From a virus: 64,000 bases of DNA. The notes under the pieces are model-generated. The model was not told the DNA's origin, made no database searches, and was given only the letters and a program-made list of their open reading frames with translations. A program made the translations under genes and the position numbers. The stretch lies in IMG/VR virus record IMGVR_UViG_3300023171_000013, positions 2,704 to 66,703 of that record; one strand, given 5' to 3'. Numbering within the stretch: the stretch's first letter is position 1; each line of letters starts with the position of its first letter. Below, piece by piece: positions 17,650 through 28,041 of this stretch.

Positions 17650-18504
17650 TTAAACAAGGTTCACATCTACGGTTACTGAGTCATCCGATGGAGCCACATG
17701 CACCCCACCGCGTTGCTCCTTCAACTCCCACAAACCAGCAGGCCAATGGTCACGGTCACATGAGTAGAGGTATGCCGCGCACAGGAACTCATTCATCCCC
17801 TGCTCCTGCTCCTCTGCTGTCCACCACTTAGCCACCGGCTCACAGGGTTCACCTGAGTTTATAGCCAGCGATACTACCCGAGGCAAGGAACCACCATGTT
17901 TCTTCTGGTAGCACCGTGCATAGAAAGCCAACTGTCTCACCCATGATTGATAGAAAGAGGGCTTTGCCCACTTTCCAGTCTTGGTCTTCTTAAATCCAGT
18001 AGTCTTGAAATCTACAATACATGGTTCACCAGCATGATTATAAAACACCATGTCCGTCTTGCCCGCAAAGCCAATGTCTTCATCTGCCATCATCAGTTCA
18101 TTGCCGATGACACTTCCCACGTTCGCACACAACCAAGGCACGCACGCATTGTAATGCTCGGCTACGTTGTCATCATTACAGGCCAGAGGATAATGCTCTA
18201 GTGCGTTATGAAGCGCAGTCCCAAAGTCCGCAGCATCCGTGCGTTTAACCTCGGACAGATTAGCAATGCGTTCCTTGTATTGCTCTACGCTTTCAACAGG
18301 ACCACGAGGGTTGTTGATTACAGCATCCAGCATGTTGCCGCGAATCCATATATCAAGACCAACGTTAGCCACCATCTTGAGGGCCATGGTAGCAGAAGCA
18401 TACAGCTTCCCCTCGCGTGCCTCCTTGATAGAAGCACCATAGGCAGACTCAACTACTCCATCAGGGAGTAGTCGGTAGAAATGGCTTACATCATTCTTGC
18501 TCAT
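17650..18504 (-). CDS. PD-(D/E)XK exonuclease (Cas4/RecB-like phage family)
   Basis: GTALHNALE, E...FAGKTD, IVDFKT and QLAFY motifs. Confidence 0.88.
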   Translation of the reverse strand: MSKNDVSHFYRLLPDGVVESAYGASIKEAREGKLYASATMALKMVANVGLDIWIRGNMLDAVINNPRGPVESVEQYKERIANLSEVKRTDAADFGTALHNALEHYPLACNDDNVAEHYNACVPWLCANVGSVIGNELMMADEDIGFAGKTDMVFYNHAGEPCIVDFKTTGFKKTKTGKWAKPSFYQSWVRQLAFYARCYQKKHGGSLPRVVSLAINSGEPCEPVAKWWTAEEQEQGMNEFLCAAYLYSCDRDHWPAGLWELKEQRGGVHVAPSDDSVTVDVNLV

Positions 18505-18724
18505 GGTGTGTGTTCATTCGTTCAGCAACCTCGGTAGATAGAAAAAACATCGAGACGAAGTAGATAACCACAAGATAAACTACGCCCAACAGACCATGTT
18601 TAACCAGATCGCACCAGCCCAATACATACACCATGAATGGGATAACGATGAGTAGCAGACAGAATAGCTTCATCGTATACCCTTGCACCATATAAGCGAT
18701 TATATGAATGATAGTTTTTAACAT
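18491..18724 (-). CDS. Small membrane protein
   Basis: Two hydrophobic segments. Confidence 0.55.
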   Translation of the reverse strand: MLKTIIHIIAYMVQGYTMKLFCLLLIVIPFMVYVLGWCDLVKHGLLGVVYLVVIYFVSMFFLSTEVAERMNTHHEQE

Positions 18725-18883
18725 AAAATTGAACCGTTACTCTGAACGGAAAAGTCACACACACTTTGTCCTAGAGAAAAAGACAGGCAGGTGTCGCCTC
18801 ATACCACATACATCATGCAACAACCCCAGCCGGTAACAAGCCGACTGGGAAATTAATTAAGTAAGTATTTTTGCGTAGCACCC

Positions 18884-19651
18884 TTACTCTGGTGCGCCAT
18901 CAAAAGGAACATCCTCATCCACATTAGTTTCCTGCGGAGGTGGCGTTGGCTTTGTCGGCTCCTTGGGCTTATCCGCTACCGTAAGCGTTGCCGTGATGGG
19001 AAGCTCCTCCTTGAAATGAAGGTTCTCCTTCATCCCTTGAATGAACAACGAAGCAGTCATCGACTGTTTAATGTCATCCGTAAGCCCCAGCTTCTTTTGC
19101 TTGGAATCAGCCAGCAAATAGCAGCACTCCCAAAAGTTAGAAAGCATCTCCAAAGATACGGCAGACTGTGAACCCTGTGTTCGCGCTAACACACTACGGC
19201 TAGGTTCCGACTGACCCGCATTTCCCGTCTGTTTAACCGGAGCGGAAGCAACAGGAGTAGCATTCGTAACCCCACCATTGGCAGCTTGGAATGCCTCAAC
19301 CGTCTGGATCGTGGCACTCTTACTCACCTCAAGCTCACGATCAATCTTGGTTTTGTCTTTGTAGTTAGGCTTGTCCTTAGCCTTCAACCCAAAGATTCCC
19401 TTCGGTCCCTTGTTGCTGTGGAACACAAACGTCCTACCTTTGTGTTCAGACAAGTCGCTATGTCCCCAGAAGGAACAGCGAATCTCGCCAGTGGAATCAC
19501 GGAGCACAACGTTCTGCACAGTAGTAGCCTTGTCGGTGCCAGCGTTTACGTCACGACGTTCATACACCGCTTTGATTTCTGCCTGCACAGCCATGACGGT
19601 TTCGCCGTCTGACTTGTCACTGATAACCTGCCTGATAGTAGTAATATTCAT
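18884..19651 (-). CDS. ssb: OB-fold single-stranded DNA-binding protein
   Basis: VVLRDSTGEIRCSFWG RPA-type OB fold; acidic DEDVPF tail. Confidence 0.75.
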   Translation of the reverse strand: MNITTIRQVISDKSDGETVMAVQAEIKAVYERRDVNAGTDKATTVQNVVLRDSTGEIRCSFWGHSDLSEHKGRTFVFHSNKGPKGIFGLKAKDKPNYKDKTKIDRELEVSKSATIQTVEAFQAANGGVTNATPVASAPVKQTGNAGQSEPSRSVLARTQGSQSAVSLEMLSNFWECCYLLADSKQKKLGLTDDIKQSMTASLFIQGMKENLHFKEELPITATLTVADKPKEPTKPTPPPQETNVDEDVPFDGAPE

Positions 19652-19990
19652 TTAGTGGAAAATGGAGAAGTTTTGTTTGCGAGGCGATTAAGCATAGCCT
19701 CTTTGCCAGCTAGATAACCTAGCGAGAAAAGAAAACGCTCACGGGTAGCTGCATCGCTAGGCATGAGCATAGCATGAATGGTTTCCTCATAGGCTTTCTC
19801 TGCCTCTTGCATTAGATTAATGGAAGACATTGGATTATTGCAGCCATAGCGTGAAGAGACGACCCACGCCAACAAGCACAGCAATGACGATAACGCCTGC
19901 GCCAAGATCATCACCATCATCAACCTTTTTTCCCAACACCATGCCAATACCAAACACTCCGAAGAAACAAAGTAATAGAGTCATGGTAGT

Positions 19991-20179
19991 TTAGTATTTC
20001 CAGAACACGGTGCCGTCATCCGAAATACCCACCTTGTCATTGAGCCAGAGCGCACCAATCGCGTTGGCTCCATCGTCGGGATACTTGGTAACGATGGCAT
20101 CGTGGCTCATCGAAGTCTTAGTTTGAAGCTCCTTGGAAATAAGAGCGTAGGCAGCTTTAAGGGAGTCGGTAAGGTTCAT
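19991..20179 (-). CDS. Hypothetical protein
   Basis: First ORF downstream of the promoter box at 20251-20266. Confidence 0.55.
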   Translation of the reverse strand: MNLTDSLKAAYALISKELQTKTSMSHDAIVTKYPDDGANAIGALWLNDKVGISDDGTVFWKY

Positions 20180-20276
20180 GGTTTTGATGGGTCTAGATTA
20201 GACGACGCATTGTTTGTTTCGCCCTTGAGAAAGAGAGAAACGAAAACACGACGCAAGGAAGTAAGCAGAGAATCTC

Positions 20277-23200
20277 TTACTTCTTATCCTTCACCATCTC
20301 ATTGCCCAGCCGAGCAAGCTCCGCAAGTTGCTGTCGCCCCAGTTGAATATCGTCCTTCAAATCAGGACGCTTATCCACCAGTCCTTCCAGCATACGAATG
20401 TCCGAGTATAGCCCAGTCATCTTTTGATTTATGCCATTGAGAACTTGGTAATTACGAAGCTCATCTTGATTCTCCCGAATGAGTTCCCGCGCTCGCTCCT
20501 CATCCCCCTTGTTCATCGCAGACTTAATCCCTTCGTAGATAGCCGCGCTTCGCTCATACTCGGCATAGAACCTGTTGAGTTGTTCACCCCCACGAGTGGT
20601 AGTGAATGCACGCTTCATGTCTTCCGCGAGAGAGCGTGTCTTCGTAGTCTCCCCAGTGACCGCAGAGATAGCTTGGTCCGCAGCCCACATAGCCGTTGAG
20701 CCAGCAACTCCCGTGTAGTTCTTCGCCAGATAATCAATCTTGATCGGGCTGATATTCAGCGCAGCCCCAATCTCACGAGCCACAAGCGGAGTCGTAGCCT
20801 TGTATTGATCGGCAGGAGGAAGCTTTTGCAAGTAGCGAGGAACCACCTGTTGGCCTGAGAAGAAGTTACGGTTAACCGTATCGGAAGCCTCCAACAGAGG
20901 ACGCACCGCTTGAGGAGTGGCGAAGCTCATCAGCTTGTTTGCATCCGGCTCAAACGGAGTCACGAATCCGAACAGGTCCGACAGCGCAGCAGTGAAGAGT
21001 TGTGGCTTACCTTCTGCCTGCGCAAACCCATACATATCTTCGACAATGCGACGAGGAGACTGAGCCAGTCCACTTACCCCAGTAGGAAGAGGGAGTTTGA
21101 TGGCGAGATAGTTTCCATCCTCATCCTTCAGCCCCATAGGATGAAGGATAATTAGGTTACGATTACGCTCATCTTCCGTCAGGTCCATGTAGGCCTTGGC
21201 GCGTTCAGGCGTAGCAAGATTGTAGGCCGTAGCAGTAGCCAGCGCAGCCCCACCAGCAACCATAGCCTTGAGAGCGTAGGCAGCAGGAGCCTGCTTGAAT
21301 GCCTTCACGTTGGCGCGAGTGCCTTGGATACCAGCATTGAGATAGAGGAATACCCCATTGAGCGCACGTCCCCACTCACCCTTGTTGAGATAGTTGGCCG
21401 AACGTTCCTGCGATTCGTAAGCAGCCTTGAGAAAGATGTTATCCAAGGTAGCTTCATCTCCTTCAAGCACCCCTTGCTTGCTACGTTTAACCAGACCCTG
21501 CTCAATGGCTGGACCAGCCAAGCGATCAATCTCGTTCTTGAACACAGCAAGTCGGCCCATGTCTTCAAAGGCAGAGATGGTATCTTCAATTCTGCGAAGT
21601 GCCTGCATTGGTCGCTCACTCACAGGGATATTACCCATCAGTCGGCTTACTGTAACCTTACTCTCCCCCGGAGAACGGAACTGTTCAGTGAAGTTGAAAC
21701 GCCCAGCGTATTGTTCCCAGCGTTTAACCAATTCACTGTCCACGGGCTGACCTGTGCGCTTGGCATACTCAGGAATGCGGGATGCAAACGCGCTCTTAAT
21801 TCCCGTCCCATAATTCTTGAGCAGATTAGGAATATCTCGGAACTCCTTAGTGTTAACAACCACCTGCGCCATGTCGCGCGGAATCTGACGCAAAGCGAAC
21901 GTAGGGTTGAGCGAGGTAAACCCAGCACGTCCCACACGGACAGGCAGATTCATGATCTTGGCGAACAGCCCCATTGCTGGAACGTTCAATCCCTTGGCGG
22001 CTTCCTCCATTTCCTTTGGCACCTCGGCTTCCAGCTTTTCGCCTTCGTGCATGAAGCTGATCTTGTGCTTTGCTTTGGCGATAGCCTCTTTGTCTTTAAT
22101 CACTTCGCCGTTACCAACCCAATTGCCTTGGTCTGTCTTATCGACATAGGAACGATCAACAATCACCGGCTTACCGAACTCGTCCAATGCAGGCTTTCCT
22201 TGTGCATCCAGCATACGGTAGCCTCCTCCACCACTAATAGGTTCTAAGATGCCCGTAGCGCGAAGCGGCGACCCATCGGGTGCGCTCCTAAACAATTGCT
22301 TGATACCCGTGGACTCTCCGAGCCATTGAGAAGAACCAAGATTCACCCATGAGCGAGCGGTTGCGTTACGCCCACCCTGTTCAAACGTGGCATAAGCCCG
22401 ACCGAAAACTTCCTCCAAAGGAGACTCGATACCACGTTCAGAACCAAGAAACTTCTGAACCAATGTCTGCCCGCTGATAGATGCCGTGGATTTACCACTG
22501 CGAATTGCAGACGTAAGACCCGAAGCAATCTCATCCGAATCAAAGATACGGCTGAAAGGAACGTAGTCAGGATAAACCTTAACCAGCCAGTCAGCCAAGT
22601 CTCGGCTCACCAGACTATCGCTCACGGATTGCTCCAATAGCTGACGGTAGATGCCATTAACAAACTTGGCATGCGTCTCCATGATAGGAGCAAGCGACGC
22701 CACGAAGTCAGCCGCAACTTGCTTGGTAATTCCTCCACCCACCTCTTCCTCACTTGCTCCCATTGCGTAACGAGTAAGTGCCTGCTTGGAGATAAGGTAT
22801 TTGTCCAGTTGGCTGCGGAACGTTTCGTTGTCCATACCAGCAGCCTTGGCCGCAGCAGGTAACGTAGTCGTAACAAAGTCTGCCAGTCCTGATTCCTTAA
22901 TGAAACTCGTAGCCTGAGTCTGATTATTCATGCCGCGAGTTGGCGTGATGATACGAGGATCAACCACTGGGTCTAAGAACTTCCCCGCCTCACGCTCGGC
23001 TAGATCGGCCATGCGATATACCGCTTCGTTTGCCGTCACTAGCTTTCGCTCGAAATAACGAACGGTATCTAATGCGCTTTCCTTTAGTGTTTTCTCTGCA
23101 CCTTTACGCTGACCTTCGTTCATCGCGTCAATCTCGGCAGCCTTCTTGGCCGGATCAAATCCCTTGCTTGGTCCTGCCTGCACAGCAGCAATCACCGGCC

Positions 23201-25955
23201 CACTCATTCCAGCGAATGGAGTTCCCTTGGTTTGCTCCGCGATAATCTCATTCAGCTTAACCACCTGAGCCATGAGTTCAGCACGAGTCTGCTTCTTTGC
23301 CGCAGGCTTCGCGGCTGCCTGTGCCACAGCCCCCAGCTTTTCTAGCTGTCCAGCCGATGCCTCTACGCCCAGCCTTTGAGCAAGACGACGAATACCAGCA
23401 GCACCCAAGCTCATCACGCCCATACCTATCAGAGCATTTTGCAAGCGACGTTCCTGATATGCTTCATCGCTCTCCCCTTCTTCTTGTTGGGTTAGCCCGT
23501 AGCCAGCCACTGCACCAATGAGAGGTTCGCCAACAGACGGAAGCGTAGAGTTTCCGATAATACCAAGAGCGCGAGGAGCCTTGGGAATGGTTGCAGATTC
23601 CAGAGCATCCAACGCCTCCTGCTTATTGAATCCAATCAGCCCGTCATAAGGATACGGTTGGCCTCCGTTAACCTTACGATCAGTCTCATACCACCACCCG
23701 TTTTCAGGGTTACGATACATGCGATACTTCTCATCGCCAATAGTCACATCGTAGTTTCCATCCGTAGCAAAGTCCGATGCGCGTTTAACCACGGGCTTAC
23801 TGCCAACCGCAACGGGATCAGCCGATGCAGCCCTACCCCTGTTCGCAGCAGGCAACTCCATCTCCACGCGCTTAGGCTCTATACGGGTTCCAGTGCCACC
23901 AGAGAACGCATTGTTGATTGCGTTGATCGCATCCACCTCAGTTTCCAAAGGCGGATAACCGTCAGCAGCTAGTGCTTCGTTCAGACTCTCTCGAATACGG
24001 TCAAAGCTCAGTCCATCCTCGGTATTCTTTGCCGCCACGAATCGCTTAGGAAGACCATTACCCAGCAGATCATCTATCTCTCCATCGTAAACCCCGCGAG
24101 CAATCTTCACATTACCGCTGTCCATCGCTTCACGAATCACTTGTGCCGCAGGCTTAACCCCAGCCGCAAGCTCCTCTTCGTAGCGAGCAAGCGCGGCCAT
24201 TGCAGCCTCATCTCCCATAGACGATTGAATGTTTAACCGTTCAAGTTGCAGCGCATCACGAGCCGCATTCCCATCGGCAACCATTTTCTCACGACGTTGA
24301 CGCACACGACGACTCTCGCCAGTTGGAAGCGTTTCATTTGCCAGTGTATCTAGCTCTTTCTCGATAGCACGAAGACGCTTTTCCTGCCTCCCCCTTGCCC
24401 ATCCCTTGCTATTTGGAATCTCTGCCTTCCCCTCTCCTTCAATTCCAATAACCATGCGTTGCGGCCCCGTGCGAATAACCCCAGCAGGTTCTTCGATTGC
24501 AGCAGGCACAACCTCATCCGTTCCAGCAAGCACAGCCTGCCCCATAGCAGGCTCATCAATAACCGGAGCAGGCTCACCGGCCAACGATGCGATATAGGCT
24601 TGAGCGTCTTCTGTAGAATTGAACTCATCCACAACATTACCTTGTCCATCTTGAACAAAGATAGACCCATCTGGATCAGTCACTACGTTTAACCCCGCAG
24701 ACTCGGCTTCCAATAACTGTTCTCCCAATGGTGCCTGCTTGGCAACAGGAGCAACCCCTGAAATTTCATTGGCAGCAGCGTTGACGTTCTCAAGTGATCC
24801 AGCACCCATCGCGGTATCAGCTTGGCTAGCCAGCGAAGGAGAAGTAGAAGCTGGGGGAACATCCACCGTAAGCGTTGCCTCAATGTTATCAGGAGGCAAA
24901 AGAATGGATGCTGATTCAGCAGCACTAATCGGCTGATTAGCCTGTTCAAATACTTGTGCCGACAAAGCAGCAGGGCGTGTGCGACGGGCAATATCCAACG
25001 GCCCTTCCACATTGGCATTGGCCAATTCAATATCGCTCAAAGTGGGAACATCGCGCAAACCAGCAAGTTGTTCATCCTGCGTAAATCCACGCGCAACTTT
25101 CGGGTCTTCTTGCGCTCGAACCATCGCAATGAACGACGCAAGTTCTTCATCATCCATCATGGCCGTATCACGATTGGCAGCCTGTTGCGCCCCTTGCTCC
25201 ACTACTACCTCTCGGTAAGGAATGATTCGCGCAACTTCTTCATTCGTTAATTCATTAAGCCCAATCTGTTCTTCCAATTTACTTAGTTCTTGTGCGCTCA
25301 TCTTCCGACGAGCAGCGCGACTAAGCGGCTTGGCTACCGCCTCAAAACCTGTTCTCAGCGCACCAGCACCCACACCCATTGTGCCAGCATCAATGGCTAC
25401 CTTGAGAGGATCAACCTCACCACGAGTTTCTAGTTGTTCAGCCACACTGCCAGCAGCCCCAGCAGCACCCAAACGGAGCGCATCTTTACCCGCAGCACGC
25501 AGCACCGGCATAACCCCACGACCTACGGTGCCAGCAGCAGGAATAGCATTCATTGCGCCTTCCGCCAGTGTGCGAGAAAGGGAGTAATCAAACTTATCAC
25601 CACGAGCAATCTCGCGCCGTTGAACAATGTCTGCCCCTAATGCGCCACCAGCCACACCACCAATAGCCGCCCCCCCCGGCACAGGGGTAAGGAACCCCAA
25701 CCCTGCCCCGCCAAGACCAGCACCAGCAGAAATAGCCACATCCCCCACGGTTTCCATTACCGTAGCATCTAGGTCTTCGCGTTCACGAATCAAATCAGCC
25801 GCCGTAAGGATGTCTTTCGCTAGAGCTTCATCACCACCCGCCTCTTGCTGGTTCAAGCCATACCAAGATTTGAACAACGCACGCTTCGTATCTAAGTCAC
25901 CATTAACGTAGAGCGGATCAGACTTAACGACCGAGAAAGGGACTAGGTTTGCCAT
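20277..25955 (-). CDS. Large internal virion/ejection protein with LPD38-like C-terminus
   Basis: 1892 aa at the end of the virion operon; LNPTF...PRD, LYLNAGIQG, NRNFFSGQQVVP and NISPIKIDY...YTG motifs. Confidence 0.75.
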   Translation of the reverse strand: MANLVPFSVVKSDPLYVNGDLDTKRALFKSWYGLNQQEAGGDEALAKDILTAADLIREREDLDATVMETVGDVAISAGAGLGGAGLGFLTPVPGGAAIGGVAGGALGADIVQRREIARGDKFDYSLSRTLAEGAMNAIPAAGTVGRGVMPVLRAAGKDALRLGAAGAAGSVAEQLETRGEVDPLKVAIDAGTMGVGAGALRTGFEAVAKPLSRAARRKMSAQELSKLEEQIGLNELTNEEVARIIPYREVVVEQGAQQAANRDTAMMDDEELASFIAMVRAQEDPKVARGFTQDEQLAGLRDVPTLSDIELANANVEGPLDIARRTRPAALSAQVFEQANQPISAAESASILLPPDNIEATLTVDVPPASTSPSLASQADTAMGAGSLENVNAAANEISGVAPVAKQAPLGEQLLEAESAGLNVVTDPDGSIFVQDGQGNVVDEFNSTEDAQAYIASLAGEPAPVIDEPAMGQAVLAGTDEVVPAAIEEPAGVIRTGPQRMVIGIEGEGKAEIPNSKGWARGRQEKRLRAIEKELDTLANETLPTGESRRVRQRREKMVADGNAARDALQLERLNIQSSMGDEAAMAALARYEEELAAGVKPAAQVIREAMDSGNVKIARGVYDGEIDDLLGNGLPKRFVAAKNTEDGLSFDRIRESLNEALAADGYPPLETEVDAINAINNAFSGGTGTRIEPKRVEMELPAANRGRAASADPVAVGSKPVVKRASDFATDGNYDVTIGDEKYRMYRNPENGWWYETDRKVNGGQPYPYDGLIGFNKQEALDALESATIPKAPRALGIIGNSTLPSVGEPLIGAVAGYGLTQQEEGESDEAYQERRLQNALIGMGVMSLGAAGIRRLAQRLGVEASAGQLEKLGAVAQAAAKPAAKKQTRAELMAQVVKLNEIIAEQTKGTPFAGMSGPVIAAVQAGPSKGFDPAKKAAEIDAMNEGQRKGAEKTLKESALDTVRYFERKLVTANEAVYRMADLAEREAGKFLDPVVDPRIITPTRGMNNQTQATSFIKESGLADFVTTTLPAAAKAAGMDNETFRSQLDKYLISKQALTRYAMGASEEEVGGGITKQVAADFVASLAPIMETHAKFVNGIYRQLLEQSVSDSLVSRDLADWLVKVYPDYVPFSRIFDSDEIASGLTSAIRSGKSTASISGQTLVQKFLGSERGIESPLEEVFGRAYATFEQGGRNATARSWVNLGSSQWLGESTGIKQLFRSAPDGSPLRATGILEPISGGGGYRMLDAQGKPALDEFGKPVIVDRSYVDKTDQGNWVGNGEVIKDKEAIAKAKHKISFMHEGEKLEAEVPKEMEEAAKGLNVPAMGLFAKIMNLPVRVGRAGFTSLNPTFALRQIPRDMAQVVVNTKEFRDIPNLLKNYGTGIKSAFASRIPEYAKRTGQPVDSELVKRWEQYAGRFNFTEQFRSPGESKVTVSRLMGNIPVSERPMQALRRIEDTISAFEDMGRLAVFKNEIDRLAGPAIEQGLVKRSKQGVLEGDEATLDNIFLKAAYESQERSANYLNKGEWGRALNGVFLYLNAGIQGTRANVKAFKQAPAAYALKAMVAGGAALATATAYNLATPERAKAYMDLTEDERNRNLIILHPMGLKDEDGNYLAIKLPLPTGVSGLAQSPRRIVEDMYGFAQAEGKPQLFTAALSDLFGFVTPFEPDANKLMSFATPQAVRPLLEASDTVNRNFFSGQQVVPRYLQKLPPADQYKATTPLVAREIGAALNISPIKIDYLAKNYTGVAGSTAMWAADQAISAVTGETTKTRSLAEDMKRAFTTTRGGEQLNRFYAEYERSAAIYEGIKSAMNKGDEERARELIRENQDELRNYQVLNGINQKMTGLYSDIRMLEGLVDKRPDLKDDIQLGRQQLAELARLGNEMVKDKK

Positions 25956-26019
25956 AGATGTATTTCTCCCTAGAGTTAAGGAGGCTCCATGTTACCTAGT
26001 CAATCCAACTCCCCCTCAA

Positions 26020-27273
26020 TTATCGAGTGGATTGCGGACGTGGCGGAATGAAAAGCTCAGGCATCGTAATCGGCGCAGCCACAGTGACCGGCGACGGATT
26101 TCTCAACTCACGAAGATAAGCAGGAATGTTGCTCGGCGCAGGTGGTTCAATACCGGCAGCAGAACGAATCCTCTGTTGAGCCGCAGCCAGAGCATCAACA
26201 TCTACGACAGCAGCCTCAGCAGCAGGCGCAGAAACAGGACCATCAATCAATAAATTGACAGCAGGACGTTGCCCTCCTCCTCCCACAACAAGATCATTAA
26301 GGCCATCCTGAGAAACCCTATCCCCACCACCACCGAACCAGCTAAAGATTCCCCCTCCACCATTTGCGGGAACATCGGTAGCAGACGGAACAAGAACCTC
26401 TGGCATCGTCTGGATATTATAGGACGGCAGCCTTGCTCCCCTTCCGTCTCCACTAACCGGCTTAAACATCTGCGAAAGAGGATCGAACTTTGTAGCAATT
26501 GCACCGGGGATAACCTTGGGATCGGAAGTCCATTCACCCGTGCGCTTGTCGATAACACCAATTGCCACGCCACCATCCGAAGTGGTAAGCTCCTTTAGTT
26601 CTAGATTCTTATTGCCTGCCGCCTCTTGCTTGGCGAGTTGAGTTTCCAGTTTCTCACGCTCAACAGCAACCCTGTCCTGCAATACCTGCAAACGCGCAGA
26701 TTCATTGGCCTGCTTATTAGCACGATCCGCAGCCTTGATAGCCACGTCCTTACCAGAAACAACAGCCGTTGGCTTATTTCGCGTAACCACCTCTCCAGAA
26801 GGAAGCCGCACCTGTTGAACAATCCCCTGCTCTTGATTGGTGAAAGTATTTGAAGGAGAAAGCCAGTCTCCACCCTGCGTGTAAACCCCAGTCTCATCCA
26901 GCACTACAGGCATAGCAGCATTGATAGCCGCCTTTCGCTGTGCATCTTCAAGTGCAAGCGCAGTCATTGCCTTACGGGTATTCGCACCATCAGCCTGTTC
27001 TTGTAGTGAAGCCAATTGAAGCGCAGCCAATGCCCTACGGTCAGGCGCGAGGGCAGCCTGTTCTTGTGCCGCAGCCAACTGCATATCCGCCAACCCACGC
27101 CGAATAGGACGTAGCGCAGCCTGTTCCTTACTGGCATAGTAATCATTCACCAGCCCCATTCCTTGGGATATGCCCGCGCCAATACGAGACAGGTCGGCCC
27201 CTAGCAAACGAGGATCAACCAATCCGGGATCAACCCGCTGAGATACCTGAGCACTTCCTGTGGGAATCGCCAT
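26020..27273 (-). CDS. Putative internal virion (ejection) protein
   Basis: Ala/Gln-rich helical protein between other ejection-type genes. Confidence 0.6.
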   Translation of the reverse strand: MAIPTGSAQVSQRVDPGLVDPRLLGADLSRIGAGISQGMGLVNDYYASKEQAALRPIRRGLADMQLAAAQEQAALAPDRRALAALQLASLQEQADGANTRKAMTALALEDAQRKAAINAAMPVVLDETGVYTQGGDWLSPSNTFTNQEQGIVQQVRLPSGEVVTRNKPTAVVSGKDVAIKAADRANKQANESARLQVLQDRVAVEREKLETQLAKQEAAGNKNLELKELTTSDGGVAIGVIDKRTGEWTSDPKVIPGAIATKFDPLSQMFKPVSGDGRGARLPSYNIQTMPEVLVPSATDVPANGGGGIFSWFGGGGDRVSQDGLNDLVVGGGGQRPAVNLLIDGPVSAPAAEAAVVDVDALAAAQQRIRSAAGIEPPAPSNIPAYLRELRNPSPVTVAAPITMPELFIPPRPQSTR

Positions 27274-27327
27274 TTTAGGGTAGTTTTATTTTTATTAGAT
27301 ATTTGGCAACAGATTTCTATTTACAGG

Positions 27328-28038
27328 ATGGCACTAACTCAATACTTGAGTGCTCAGATTTCTATGAAAAGAAAACACTTCTTTAAGACAAACGACAAAA
27401 TTGGTCGGCTTACATTGATCGACGAAGGCCCACGCGCACGAGATGGACACCGCCAATGGAACACCGTTTGTGATTGCGGAACAAATAAGATCGTGTGCGA
27501 AAAACAGCTAATAGCCGGAACATCAAAATCGTGCGGATGCCTCCAGCGCGAACTAGGAGGAAGAAGATCAACTAGACACGGCCTTTCCGCATGGAATAAA
27601 GAAAAACAAAGCTATCTTTACATCACTTGGAACTCAATAATTCAAAGAACACAAAACCCGAACAACCATGGATACGCACATTACGGAGCCAGAGGAATAG
27701 GGCTACATCCTGAATGGCGATTCGATTTTAAAAAATTCCTTATCGACATAGAATCCGAATTGGGCATTCGTCCCTCTAAGGATTACTCATTGGATAGAAT
27801 AAATAACGATGCAGGCTATATTCCCGGAAACCTTAGATGGGCTACAAGGAAACAACAAAAGCGAAATAGCCGGACAACTAAGATGGTAACTTTTATGGGG
27901 ATTCAAAAACCCCAAATTGAGTGGGCTGAAACATATGGAATTCCAGCAAGCATTCTTTCCGCACGCCTCACAAGCGGATGGGAAATCAGAAAAGCTCTCG
28001 AAACCCCAGTGAGGTATAAAGCCACGTTTGTAGAGTAG
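27328..28038 (+). CDS. HNH homing endonuclease, antisense insertion
   Basis: GRLT...WNTVCDCG...SCGC, YGARGI and SLDRINNDAGYIPGNLRWAT motifs. Confidence 0.9.
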   Translation: MALTQYLSAQISMKRKHFFKTNDKIGRLTLIDEGPRARDGHRQWNTVCDCGTNKIVCEKQLIAGTSKSCGCLQRELGGRRSTRHGLSAWNKEKQSYLYITWNSIIQRTQNPNNHGYAHYGARGIGLHPEWRFDFKKFLIDIESELGIRPSKDYSLDRINNDAGYIPGNLRWATRKQQKRNSRTTKMVTFMGIQKPQIEWAETYGIPASILSARLTSGWEIRKALETPVRYKATFVE

Positions 28039-28041
28039 CCA

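Noticed and set aside
17650-18504. CRISPR-associated Cas4
   Set aside because: No Fe-S cysteine cluster, no other cas genes and no repeat-spacer array; it lies near SSB as an ordinary phage exonuclease.
2952-24694. GTTTAACC copies as a CRISPR array or tandem repeat
   Set aside because: The copies are 8-10 bp, irregularly spaced and mostly inside genes.
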